Assembly (NCBI GenBank): GCA_045807245.1
Contig: JBJMHS010000008.1
Coordinates: forward strand, 124,001-149,875
From: Actinomycetales bacterium
GTDB lineage: Bacteria; Actinomycetota; Actinomycetes; Actinomycetales; CAVURS01
Direction of reading: 5' to 3'
Length of the DNA: 25,875 nt
Shown here piece after piece: positions 1-11,023 of this stretch; positions within the stretch are counted from its first letter, which is position 1; every line of letters begins with the position of its first letter. Made by a program: the position numbers and the translations under genes. The notes beneath the pieces were generated by a model, which was given only the letters and a program-made list of their open reading frames with translations, searched no databases and was not told where the DNA came from.

Positions 1-183
1 CTCTACCCGGGCTCGATCGTCAAGCCGACGGCCCGCACCGTGCTGGTGCCGCGTCCGAGGACTGCTCCGGTGGGCGGCCAGCCGTTGCGCGACGGCGAGG
101 TCCTGGAGTGGGCCCAGGCCCTGATCAAGGCGGTGCTGCTGGACGACATGGCCACGGCGGCTACGGTGGCCTCCAGCACCTAG
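1..183 (+). CDS. mfd: Transcription-repair coupling factor Mfd, C-terminal end (partial)
   Basis: Frame 1 reads LYPGSIVKPTARTVLVPRPRTAPVGGQPLRDGEVLEWAQALIKAVL...* (TAG 181-183), which resembles the actinobacterial Mfd C-terminus. It lies upstream of mazG-eno as in other actinomycetes. Confidence 0.85.
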   Translation, partial: LYPGSIVKPTARTVLVPRPRTAPVGGQPLRDGEVLEWAQALIKAVLLDDMATAATVASST

Positions 184-213
184 CAGCGGGCGGACAGCGA
201 AGGAGTCGGAGGG

Positions 214-804
214 GTGTCGGTGAGCGTCGTGAGGACCGGGGCGGGCCGGGTTCGCCGGGGTCGGCTCCTGGCCGTAGGGGCTCTGGTCCCCGCGGCGGCC
301 CTGCTGCTGTCGGGCTGCGGCAAGGGCGGCGTCGCCGCGACCATCGACGGGCGCACCATCACGGTCGAGCAGCTCCACTCCGCCGTGGCCAGCCTCAAGG
401 CGGCGGACCGGCAGGCGTTCAGCAGTGTCACCGACGCCCAGGTCCTGCAGGTGTACCTCTACGCGCCGTACGCCGAGCATGCCGCCAGCGCCGCCGGCAA
501 GGGCATCTCGGACGACGAGGTGCGCCAGGCCATCTCCTCGGCCGCCAGCCAGAACAACGACAAGACATCGCGGCCGAACCGGCTGAACGGCGAGGCGCTC
601 GCGGTCCTGCGCGGCAACCTGGCCCTGTCGCAGCTGGACGACGCCGCGAAGAACGACATCTTCCAGCAGCTCCAGCGCGCGGACGTCGAGATCAGCCCCC
701 GCTACGGCACCTACGACGCGAAGAAGGGCACCATTACGGCGCCCAGCCCGAACTGGCTGGAGCCCACGGCGACCCCGTCCGCCCGCCCGTCGCCGACCGG
801 CTGA
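214..804 (+). CDS. Lipoprotein, SurA N-terminal-like family
   Basis: Basic N-terminus, hydrophobic stretch and lipobox LLSGC; AATIDGRTITVEQL and VEISPRYGTYD motifs typical of the lipoprotein between mfd and mazG. Start may be GTG 214 or 220. Confidence 0.75.
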   Translation: MSVSVVRTGAGRVRRGRLLAVGALVPAAALLLSGCGKGGVAATIDGRTITVEQLHSAVASLKAADRQAFSSVTDAQVLQVYLYAPYAEHAASAAGKGISDDEVRQAISSAASQNNDKTSRPNRLNGEALAVLRGNLALSQLDDAAKNDIFQQLQRADVEISPRYGTYDAKKGTITAPSPNWLEPTATPSARPSPTG

Positions 805-812
805 GGCCAGCC

Positions 813-1885
813 GTGTCCGGGGGCCTCACGCTGCTCCTGAGCTCTCCGCGCGTGTCCGCCGGCCTGCTGTCCTGGTCGGCCTGGCAGGCGCTCACCTCGG
901 CCGACCTCGTTCTCGCCCGGGACAGCCCGCACGCCCAGGAGCCCGCGCTCGTGCAGGCGGCGGTCAACGTCCGGCACGCCGGGACGGGGCCACCGCAAGA
1001 GACGGCCCGCGAGCTCGTGCGCGAGGCGCGGGGTGCTGCCGTGGTGTGGCTCGGCTCCGCCGACGGTGACCCGGGTCTGACCGATGCCCTGGCCGGCGAG
1101 CTGTCCCGGGTGGCAGTGGGCGAGGACCCACCGCCGGTCGAGGTGCTCGTCGGCAGCCACGACGTCCCTGGGGCCCGCCTGCTCGACCTGGTCGCGGTCA
1201 TGGACCGGCTGAGATCGGCCGGAGGCTGTCCATGGGACGCCGAGCAGACTCACGAGAGCCTCACGCCGTACCTGATCGAGGAGGCCTACGAGACAGCGGA
1301 GGCCATCGAGAGCGGCGACCGGGAGGCCCTGCAGGAGGAGCTGGGCGACGTCCTGCTCCAGGTCGCGTTCCACGCCCGCGTCGCCGAGGAGGACCCCGAG
1401 CGGCCGTTCGACATCGACGACGTAGCGGGCGGCATCGTGGCCAAGCTGGTCCGCCGTCACCCGCACGTGTTCGGCCCCGACGCGGGCTCCGAGCCGACGG
1501 GGCTCGAACAGGTTCGGACCGCGGCCCACGTCGAGGCCAACTGGGACCGGATCAAGGCCGCCGAGAAGCAGCGGGCGAGCGTCCTGGACGGCATCCCGCT
1601 CGCGCTTCCCGCATTGGCTCGGGCCGACGCCGTGCTCGGCCGGATGGCGCGCGCCGGGCTGTCCGAGGTCGCGGCGGAGCGGCCGGGCGCCGCGGACGGC
1701 GGCGCCGAACCGGCCGGGACCTGGGACAGCTCGACCGTTGGTGAAAGGCTGCTCGCCGTGGTGACCGAGGCCCGGGCGGCCGGCGTCGACCCGGAGGCTG
1801 CGCTGCGGGCAGCGGTCCGGGCGCTGGAGGAGCGGGCGCGCGCTGCCGAGCTCGCGTCCGCCGCCTCGCCCGGGACGGTCGCACG

Positions 1886-1889
<4 letters not shown>
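813..1889 (+). CDS. mazG: MazG family nucleoside triphosphate pyrophosphohydrolase
   Basis: MDRLRSAGGCPWDAEQTHESLTPYLIEEAYE...EELGDVLLQVAFH...KLVRRHPHVF. Start placed at GTG 813 after the lipoprotein stop; the ORF-track extension to 108 overlaps real genes. Confidence 0.92.
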
Positions 1890-4985
<3,096 letters not shown>

Positions 4986-5006
4986 GCCCGCGTCCCGGCC
5001 GGCAGG

Positions 5007-5552
5007 ATGAGTGAGCGGATGAACGCAGCACGACGGCCGCCGTCCGCCGGGCGCGTGCCCCGAGCTGGTTCGCGGCCCGGGGCGGGTGCCCGATCGGGCG
5101 TCCGCCCGGCCGTGGCCACGAGCGTCCGCTCCGAGAGCCAGACCCGGGCGCTGCGCACTCGTCGTACCACCCGGCTCGCGATCCTGGGTCTGATCGCGCT
5201 CGCCCTCGTGGTCGCCATCGCGCCGACCCTGCGCGTCTATCTGCACCAGCGCAGCCAGATGTCCGCGCTCAAGTCTCAGCAGGCCGCCCAGAAGCGGGAG
5301 GTGTCCGTGCTCCAGGCCCAGGCGCAGCGCTGGAACGACCCGGCCTACGTCGAGGCCCAGGCCCGGGACCGGCTCCAGTTCGTCCGCCCGGGGCAGCGCA
5401 GCTACGTCGTGGAGGCGCCGAAGGCCAAGGCCGCGGCCGCGCCCGCGAGCGGGGTGGTCGCCGGTACGACGGACACGTCCGGGCGGTCGTGGATGGACGG
5501 GCTGTGGCAGTCCGTGCAGAAGGCCGGCGCCGCGAGCGCTCCGGCCCGGTGA
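5007..5552 (+). CDS. Septum formation initiator, FtsB/DivIC family
   Basis: Single TM helix, coiled coil, then WNDPAYVEAQARDRLQFVRPG; canonical position downstream of eno. Start may be 5007 or 5019. Confidence 0.88.
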   Translation: MSERMNAARRPPSAGRVPRAGSRPGAGARSGVRPAVATSVRSESQTRALRTRRTTRLAILGLIALALVVAIAPTLRVYLHQRSQMSALKSQQAAQKREVSVLQAQAQRWNDPAYVEAQARDRLQFVRPGQRSYVVEAPKAKAAAAPASGVVAGTTDTSGRSWMDGLWQSVQKAGAASAPAR

Positions 5553-6136
5553 CGTCCGGCCTGGCCGCCACCGACCTCGCCGCCGTGCGCGAACAGATCG
5601 GTCGCGAGCCACGCGGTGCCCTGCGCGTCGCCCACCGGTGCCCGTGTGGCCGGCCGGACGTCGTCGAGACGGCACCCCGGCTGCCGGACGGCACGCCGTT
5701 CCCGACGACGTTCTACGTCACCTGCCCCCGGCTGACCGGCCGCGTGAGCACGCTCGAAGGTACCGGGATCATGGCCGACATGACCGCCGCGCTGGACACG
5801 AACTCCGTTCTGGCGGAACGATATAGGGCGGCGCACGCCGACTATCTCGCCCGGCGGTCCGCGTTGGGGGAGGTCCCCGAGATCGACGGAGTGTCGGCCG
5901 GTGGCATGCCCACCCGGGTCAAGTGCCTGCACGTGCTCGTCGGCCACTCGCTGGCCGCGGGACCCGGGGTCAACCCGTTGGGCGACCGTGCCCTCGCCAC
6001 CCTCGAGGCCGAGGGTCCATGGTGGGAGCCGCCGTGCCTGCCTTCGGGGGGCCCGAACGCCGCGCGAGGCGAGGGCTGGGCGGGCGGCGAGCGCGCGGCG
6101 GTCGGCGAGGGCGCGGCACGAGGCGAGGAGGCCTGA
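5549..6136 (+). CDS. DUF501 family protein
   Basis: RCPCGRPDVVETAPRLPDGTPFPTTFYVTCP and GGMPTRVKCLHVLVGHSLA; GTGA overlap with the upstream stop. Confidence 0.92.
   Translation: MTSGLAATDLAAVREQIGREPRGALRVAHRCPCGRPDVVETAPRLPDGTPFPTTFYVTCPRLTGRVSTLEGTGIMADMTAALDTNSVLAERYRAAHADYLARRSALGEVPEIDGVSAGGMPTRVKCLHVLVGHSLAAGPGVNPLGDRALATLEAEGPWWEPPCLPSGGPNAARGEGWAGGERAAVGEGAARGEEA
6059..6130 (+). repeat. Four degenerate 18-bp tandem units in the DUF501 3' tail
   Basis: gccgcgcgaggcgagggc / tgggcgggcggcgagcgc / gcggcggtcggcgagggc / gcggcacgaggcgaggag, encoding AARGEG-WAGGER-AAVGEG-AARGEE. Confidence 0.6.
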
Positions 6137-7083
6137 TGCCCACCGTAGGTGCGATCGACTGCGGCACGAACTCGATCCGGCTCCTGGTCGCCGACATCGA
6201 CCCGCCCGCGGGGACGGCGCGCGACCTGGACCGCCGGATGGAGATCGTCCGCCTCGGGCAGGACGTCGACCGCACCGGCGAGCTCGCGGTCGACGCGCTC
6301 GAGCGCACGTTCGCCGCCGCTGAGCGGTACGCCGACGCCTGCCGCCGGCTCGGTGTGCAGCGGATCCGCTTCGTCGCGACCTCGGCCACCCGGGACGCCG
6401 CGAACCGGGACGTGTTCGTCGACGGCATCCGGCAGCGGCTCGGCGTCGACCCTGAGGTGATCAGCGGCGAGGAGGAGGCCAGCCTGTCCTTCGCCGGAGC
6501 GACCCGTGAGCTGGCCTCGGGAGGCGGCCACCCGCCGTACCTCGTCGTCGACATCGGGGGCGGCTCGACCGAGGTCGTGCGCGGCAGCGCTCATGTCGAT
6601 GCCTCGGTGTCGGTCGACATCGGCTGCGTCCGGCTCACCGAGCGTCACCTGCACGGCGACCCGCCCCAGGCCGACGAGGTCGCCGCGGCCTGCGCCGATA
6701 TCACGGCTGCGCTGGACGCCGTCGAACGCGCCGTGCCGCTGGACGGTGTGGGCACTCTGGTCGGGCTGGCCGGCTCCGTGACGACGGTGGCGGCGCATGC
6801 GATGGCGCTCGAACGCTATGACCCGCACCGCATCCACGGCGCCCACCTGCCGATCGCTGACGTCGTGACCGCCTGCGACGACCTCCTGATGATGAACCGG
6901 CAGTGGCGGGCGGCCTTGCCGTACATGCATCCCGGCCGGGTCGACGTCATCGGGGCCGGCGCTCTGGTCTGGCGCGAGGTGATCCGGCGGGTGCGCGAGC
7001 GCAGCGACCTGCGTGAGGTCCGCGTCAGCGAACACGACATCCTCGACGGCATCGCGTGGTCCGTCGCGCAGGCGTCCGCCTAG
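6136..7083 (+). CDS. ppx: Ppx/GppA family exopolyphosphatase (Ppx2-like)
   Basis: AIDCGTNSIRLL, FVATSATRDA, VISGEEEA, VDIGGGSTE, GRVDVIGAG, SEHDILDG; TGATG overlap with DUF501. Confidence 0.93.
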   Translation: MPTVGAIDCGTNSIRLLVADIDPPAGTARDLDRRMEIVRLGQDVDRTGELAVDALERTFAAAERYADACRRLGVQRIRFVATSATRDAANRDVFVDGIRQRLGVDPEVISGEEEASLSFAGATRELASGGGHPPYLVVDIGGGSTEVVRGSAHVDASVSVDIGCVRLTERHLHGDPPQADEVAAACADITAALDAVERAVPLDGVGTLVGLAGSVTTVAAHAMALERYDPHRIHGAHLPIADVVTACDDLLMMNRQWRAALPYMHPGRVDVIGAGALVWREVIRRVRERSDLREVRVSEHDILDGIAWSVAQASA

Positions 7084-7088
7084 TGCGG

Positions 7089-7415
7089 TCAGACCTCGAA
7101 GCCGAGCACGTCGCCGATGCTGATGTCGTGCTTCTCCAGCGTCTCGTCGATCCACTGACGGTGCCGCGGCTCACCGGTGCTCCAGACGTACTGCAGGGTC
7201 TGCCGGGCGTTCCAGCCGCCCGGCCGGAACGCCGTCGGCAGGTAGTAGCAGATGCCCGCGATCATCTGGATGTGCTCGTGGTACTCGTCGGCGACGACGG
7301 GCGTGTGCGAGACCGGGCTGCGGATGTACGCGGTGGCCCGGATGTCGGTCAGGCCGTCGCAGAGCAGGTGAACGATGGCCTGCTCGGCCACATGGTCGCT
7401 CGCGCGCGGCCTCAT
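7089..7415 (-). CDS. Hypothetical protein (108 aa)
   Basis: MRPRASDHVAEQAIVHLLCDGLTDIRATAY...WIDETLEKHDISIGDVLGFEV; GC-rich third codon positions, globular composition. CATGAT-N7-ATG suggests a leaderless start at 7415. Confidence 0.7.
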   Translation of the reverse strand: MRPRASDHVAEQAIVHLLCDGLTDIRATAYIRSPVSHTPVVADEYHEHIQMIAGICYYLPTAFRPGGWNARQTLQYVWSTGEPRHRQWIDETLEKHDISIGDVLGFEV

Positions 7416-7447
7416 GGAGGGCATCATGCCCGGGTTCGTGGCCGGCG

Positions 7448-7542
7448 CGCCGACGATTTCGCGACTCCGAGGGCCAACGCGCGGCGCGCACAAGCCGGTT
7501 CGCTCCGCGAGCCGCGCGACGAGGCCGCGAAACCGTCCGGCG
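7448..7542. repeat. Long imperfect nested inverted repeat (REP/MITE-like hairpin)
   Basis: Outer arms cgccgacgatttcgcgactc (7448-7467) and gaggccgcgaaaccgtccggcg (7521-7542); inner arms cgcgcggcgcgc (7478-7489) and gcgagccgcgcg (7507-7518), 11/12 complementary. Confidence 0.55.
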
Positions 7543-7552
7543 AGGCCGCCCC

Positions 7553-8428
7553 ATGACCGACCCGCACCCGGTGACCGGGCAGGAGTTCGCGTCGCCGGTC
7601 CCTCCGGGCACGGGCTGGCCCGGTGACCCGGCCACGCGCGGTACGCCGATCGCACACGATGCGGGAGAGGTGCGACGCCTGGCCGGCTCGGCCCGTGACG
7701 TGGCCGAGCTCGACGCCCGGGTGTCGGTGTGCCGGGCTTGCCCGCGGCTGGTCGGGTGGCGTGAGGAGGTCGCCCGGTCGGCGCGCCGGGCCTCGTTCGT
7801 GGACCAGCCGTACTGGGGCCGCCCGGGACCGGGTTTCGGCGATCCCGCACCGAGGCTTCTCGTCGTCGGCCTCGCACCTGCGGCGAACGGGACGAACCGC
7901 ACCGGGCGGATGTTCACCGGCGACCGCAGTGGGGACTGGCTCTATGCCGCGTTGCACCGCACGGGGTACGCGACCGTGCCGTGGAGCCGGCACGCCGGCG
8001 ACGGCCAGGAACTGCACGGAGCCCGCATCGTGGCCGCGGTGCGCTGCGCACCGCCCGCGAACACGCCGACGCCGGTCGAACGCGACACCTGCGGGCACTG
8101 GCTCGACCGCGACCTGGAGCTCGCCGCCCCGACCGTGCGCGTCCTGCTCGCTCTCGGCGCCATCGCCTGGGACGCCGCGCTCGCCTCCGTCCGCCGCGCC
8201 GGCGGGAGCTACGAGCGGCCGAAGCCGCGGTTCGGCCACGGCGCGCAGGCCACTGTGCAGGTGCCCGCGCGGCTGCGCGTTGCTGGCGCCGCCGCGACCT
8301 GGACCCTGCTCGGCAGCTACCACGTGAGCCAGCAGAACACGTTCACCGGCAAGCTCACCGAGCCGATGCTGGACGCGGTCCTGAGCCGGGCCCAGGCCCT
8401 GTCCGCCGGCGATGAAACCGTCTTGTGA
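7553..8428 (+). CDS. Uracil-DNA glycosylase family 5 (UdgB-like, Fe-S)
   Basis: CRACPRL, VGLAPAANGTNRTGRMFTGDRSG, RCAPPANTP, SYHVSQQNTFTG. Confidence 0.92.
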   Translation: MTDPHPVTGQEFASPVPPGTGWPGDPATRGTPIAHDAGEVRRLAGSARDVAELDARVSVCRACPRLVGWREEVARSARRASFVDQPYWGRPGPGFGDPAPRLLVVGLAPAANGTNRTGRMFTGDRSGDWLYAALHRTGYATVPWSRHAGDGQELHGARIVAAVRCAPPANTPTPVERDTCGHWLDRDLELAAPTVRVLLALGAIAWDAALASVRRAGGSYERPKPRFGHGAQATVQVPARLRVAGAAATWTLLGSYHVSQQNTFTGKLTEPMLDAVLSRAQALSAGDETVL

Positions 8429-8442
8429 AACTTTTCACAAGA
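8421..8442. promoter_or_regulatory. Rex operator upstream of ndh
   Basis: Perfect 10-2-10 palindrome TCTTGTGAAA-CT-TTTCACAAGA containing the Rex consensus TTGTGAA-N4-TTCACAA; followed by -10-like TAACCT (8447-8452) 6 nt before ATG 8459. Confidence 0.9.
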
Positions 8443-8458
8443 GGCGTAACCTGAGCAG

Positions 8459-9829
8459 ATGAGCGACTCCCCTGTAGCCGGGACCAGACCCACCGTCGCC
8501 TCGCGGCCCCGGATCGTCATCCTCGGCGGCGGCTACGTTGGCCTCTACACAGCCATGCGCCTGCTGCGCAAGCTGCGCCGGCGGGAGGCCGACGTCACGG
8601 TCATCGACCCGCGCAGCTACATGACGTACCAGCCGTTCCTGCCGGAGGCCTCGGCCGGTTCGCTGGACGCCCGCCACGTCGTCGTACCGCTGCGCAAGGT
8701 GCTCAAGGGTGCGGAGATCCTGAACGCGCGTGTCGTCTCCGTCGACCACGCGACCAAGCGGGTGCGCGTCGCCCCCCTGGAGGGGCCTCAGTACGACGTG
8801 CCGTACGACATCGTCGTCGTGGCGCTGGGCTCGATCGCCCGCACCCTGCCGATCCCCGGGCTGGCCGAGGAGGCCGTCGGCTTCAAGACCGTCGAGGAAG
8901 CGATCTACCTGCGCAACCAGGTGCTCGAGAGTCTCGACATCGCCGAGTCGACTGCGGACGAGGCCCGGCGCAGACGCGCGCTGACCTTCGTCTTCGTGGG
9001 CGGCGGATACGCCGGTGTCGAGGCGATGGCCGAGCTGGAGGACATGGCGCGCTTCGCAACGCGTTACTACTCAAGGGTTTCAGCCAAGAACCTGCGCTTC
9101 GTCATGGTGGAGGCGACCGACCGGATCCTGCCCGAGGTCGGGATCGACATGGGCAAGTGGACGGTCGAGCAGCTGCGCAAGCGCGGCATCGAGATGGCCC
9201 TCAACACGCGCCTCGAGTCCTGCGAGGACGGGCACATCCGCCTCTCCGACGGCCAGGAGTTCGAGTCCGACACCATCGTCTGGACCGCCGGCGTCAAGGC
9301 CAGTCCGGTGCTCCAGGACACGGACCTGCCGGTGGACGAGAAGGGCCGGCTCCGGGCCGAGGCCACCTTGCAGGTCGTCGACGTCGCGGACGCCTGGGGC
9401 GCCGGCGACGCCGTCGCCGTGCCGGACCTCACGCACCCGGGCGAGTTCACCGCGCCCAACGCCCAGCACGCCGTCCGCCAGGCCCGTCGGCTGGGCGACA
9501 ACATCGTGGCGGCCCTCCGCGGGCGTGAGCCGAAACCGTACGTGCACAAGTACGTCGGCTCGGTCGCCTCGCTCGGCCTGCACAAGGGTGTGGCGCAGGT
9601 CTACGGCATCAAGCTCAAGGGCTGGGTCGCCTGGTTCATGCACCGGACCTACCACCTCTCGCGCGTCCCGACGTTCAACCGCAAGGTGCGTGTGGTCTCG
9701 GAGTGGACCCTCGCCCTGTTCTTCAAGCGCGAGGTGGTGCCGCTCGGCTGGCTGGCCAGGCCGTTCGAGGAGTTCGAGTCCGCGGCCGGGGCACCGCTCG
9801 GCAAGCGGCGCACCGGCACCGACAGCTGA
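8459..9829 (+). CDS. ndh: Type II NADH dehydrogenase family NAD(P)/FAD-dependent oxidoreductase
   Basis: Two Rossmann motifs (IVILGGGYVG; FVFVGGGYAGVE), YQPFLPE, WTAGVK, AGDAVAVP, PNAQHAVRQA; Rex box upstream. Confidence 0.88.
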   Translation: MSDSPVAGTRPTVASRPRIVILGGGYVGLYTAMRLLRKLRRREADVTVIDPRSYMTYQPFLPEASAGSLDARHVVVPLRKVLKGAEILNARVVSVDHATKRVRVAPLEGPQYDVPYDIVVVALGSIARTLPIPGLAEEAVGFKTVEEAIYLRNQVLESLDIAESTADEARRRRALTFVFVGGGYAGVEAMAELEDMARFATRYYSRVSAKNLRFVMVEATDRILPEVGIDMGKWTVEQLRKRGIEMALNTRLESCEDGHIRLSDGQEFESDTIVWTAGVKASPVLQDTDLPVDEKGRLRAEATLQVVDVADAWGAGDAVAVPDLTHPGEFTAPNAQHAVRQARRLGDNIVAALRGREPKPYVHKYVGSVASLGLHKGVAQVYGIKLKGWVAWFMHRTYHLSRVPTFNRKVRVVSEWTLALFFKREVVPLGWLARPFEEFESAAGAPLGKRRTGTDS

Positions 9830-9872
9830 GCGGGCGTCGATCCGGCCAACCCGGACACCTAGGCTGGGCGGC

Positions 9873-9945
9873 GCCCCCGTAGCCCAATGGCAGAGGCAAG
9901 CGTCTTAAACACGCTCCAGTGCGGGTTCGAGTCCCGCCGGGGGCA
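9873..9945 (+). tRNA. tRNA-Leu(UAA) with short variable loop; CCA not encoded
   Basis: Acceptor stem GCCCCCG/CGGGGGC with discriminator A; D arm GCCC-AATGGCA-GAGGC; anticodon arm AGCGT-CTTAAAC-ACGCT; variable region CCAGT; T arm GCGGG-TTCGAGT-CCCGC; followed by CCG. Confidence 0.95.
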
Positions 9946-10018
9946 CCGGAGCAGGGCACTGGAGCACGGCAGCGGGGCGAGCAGCGGGGCGAGCATCGGC
10001 GAGCGGCGGCGAGCAGGG
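9941..10018 (+). repeat. Short degenerate GAGC-containing tandem repeats after the tRNA
   Basis: gggcaccggagca/gggcactggagca (9941-9966, 12/13 identical), exact gcagcggggcga x2 (9969-9992), then gcatcggcga and gcggcggcga. Confidence 0.7.
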
Positions 10019-10031
10019 AGGCTGGACGAGC

Positions 10032-11006
10032 GTGGGTGAGCGGCCGATCTTCCTGGTCGGGTGTCCCCGGTCCGGTACGACGCTCCTCACGACGATGTTG
10101 CACGCTCACCCTCGACTCGCGTTCCCTCCCGAGACGCGGTTCCTGCTGCCGGCGTACGAGTCACGTGCGACGTTCGGTGACCTGACCGTCCGGGCCAACC
10201 GGGTGCAGCTGGCGCGCCGGATCACCGGCAAGGGGACGCGGTTCCGTGACCTCGGCCTGGATCGCAAGACCGTCGTCGAGGCGATCGCCGACGGGCCGCC
10301 GACGCTGGGGTCGGCGCTCGGCATCGTCTGGCGCGAGTTCGCCACGAGCCGCGGCAAGGTGCGGTGGGGTGAGAAGCGGCCGGCGTACTGGCGGCACATG
10401 GACGTCGTGTCGGCGCTGTTCCCGGAGGCGCAGTTCGTGCACCTGGTCCGCGACCCTCGGGCCTGCGTCGCCTCGCTGTTGAGGGTGAGCTGGGCCGAGG
10501 GCGGTGTCGAGGACGCGGCCGCCGTATGGGTGCTGGCCGACCGCGAGATCCGGCGGTTCTCACGGCGGGTCGGCCCGGCGTCGTACCACGCCCTCCAGTA
10601 CGAGGAGCTGGTCGCCCAGCCGGAACGGGTGCTGGCCGCGCTCTGCGACTTCCTGGGTGAGCAGTTCGACCCGTCGATGCTGAGCTACCAGGGCGCCGCG
10701 CACGACATCGTGCCGGACCGTAAGACCTGGCATGACAACACGAAGGGTGCGCTCGACGTCTCGCGCACCGAGGCCTGGCGCACCCAGCTCACGCCGAGCG
10801 AGATCCGGCTCGTGGAGCTCGCCGCCCGCTCCGGGATGCGGCGCTGGGGCTACCGCCCGAGCGGGGTGCGGGTGCGGCCCGCCGCGACGGCGGTGGCGCG
10901 GTACGAGGCGACGCTCGCCCGCCGGATCGCGAGCATCGAGCGCGACCGGGTCGGCGCGGCACTTCAGGCCCGTCGCAGCAAGGAGGTCCTGGCGTCGCGG
11001 CTGTAG
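10032..11006 (+). CDS. PAPS-dependent sulfotransferase family protein
   Basis: 5'-PSB loop IFLVGCPRSGTTLL, RWGEKRP, 3'-PB motif HLVRDPRACVASL, YEELVAQPE; GGAGG upstream of the GTG. Confidence 0.9.
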   Translation: MGERPIFLVGCPRSGTTLLTTMLHAHPRLAFPPETRFLLPAYESRATFGDLTVRANRVQLARRITGKGTRFRDLGLDRKTVVEAIADGPPTLGSALGIVWREFATSRGKVRWGEKRPAYWRHMDVVSALFPEAQFVHLVRDPRACVASLLRVSWAEGGVEDAAAVWVLADREIRRFSRRVGPASYHALQYEELVAQPERVLAALCDFLGEQFDPSMLSYQGAAHDIVPDRKTWHDNTKGALDVSRTEAWRTQLTPSEIRLVELAARSGMRRWGYRPSGVRVRPAATAVARYEATLARRIASIERDRVGAALQARRSKEVLASRL

Positions 11007-11023
11007 CCGGACGAACGCGCAGG

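Noticed and set aside
108..812. 235-aa N-terminal extension of the MazG ORF
   Set aside because: Arg/Gly/Pro-rich off-frame read of mfd and the lipoprotein gene; the real start is GTG 813.
9941..10018. Possible CRISPR-like array after the tRNA
   Set aside because: Units are 10-13 bp, adjacent and without unique spacers; no cas genes.
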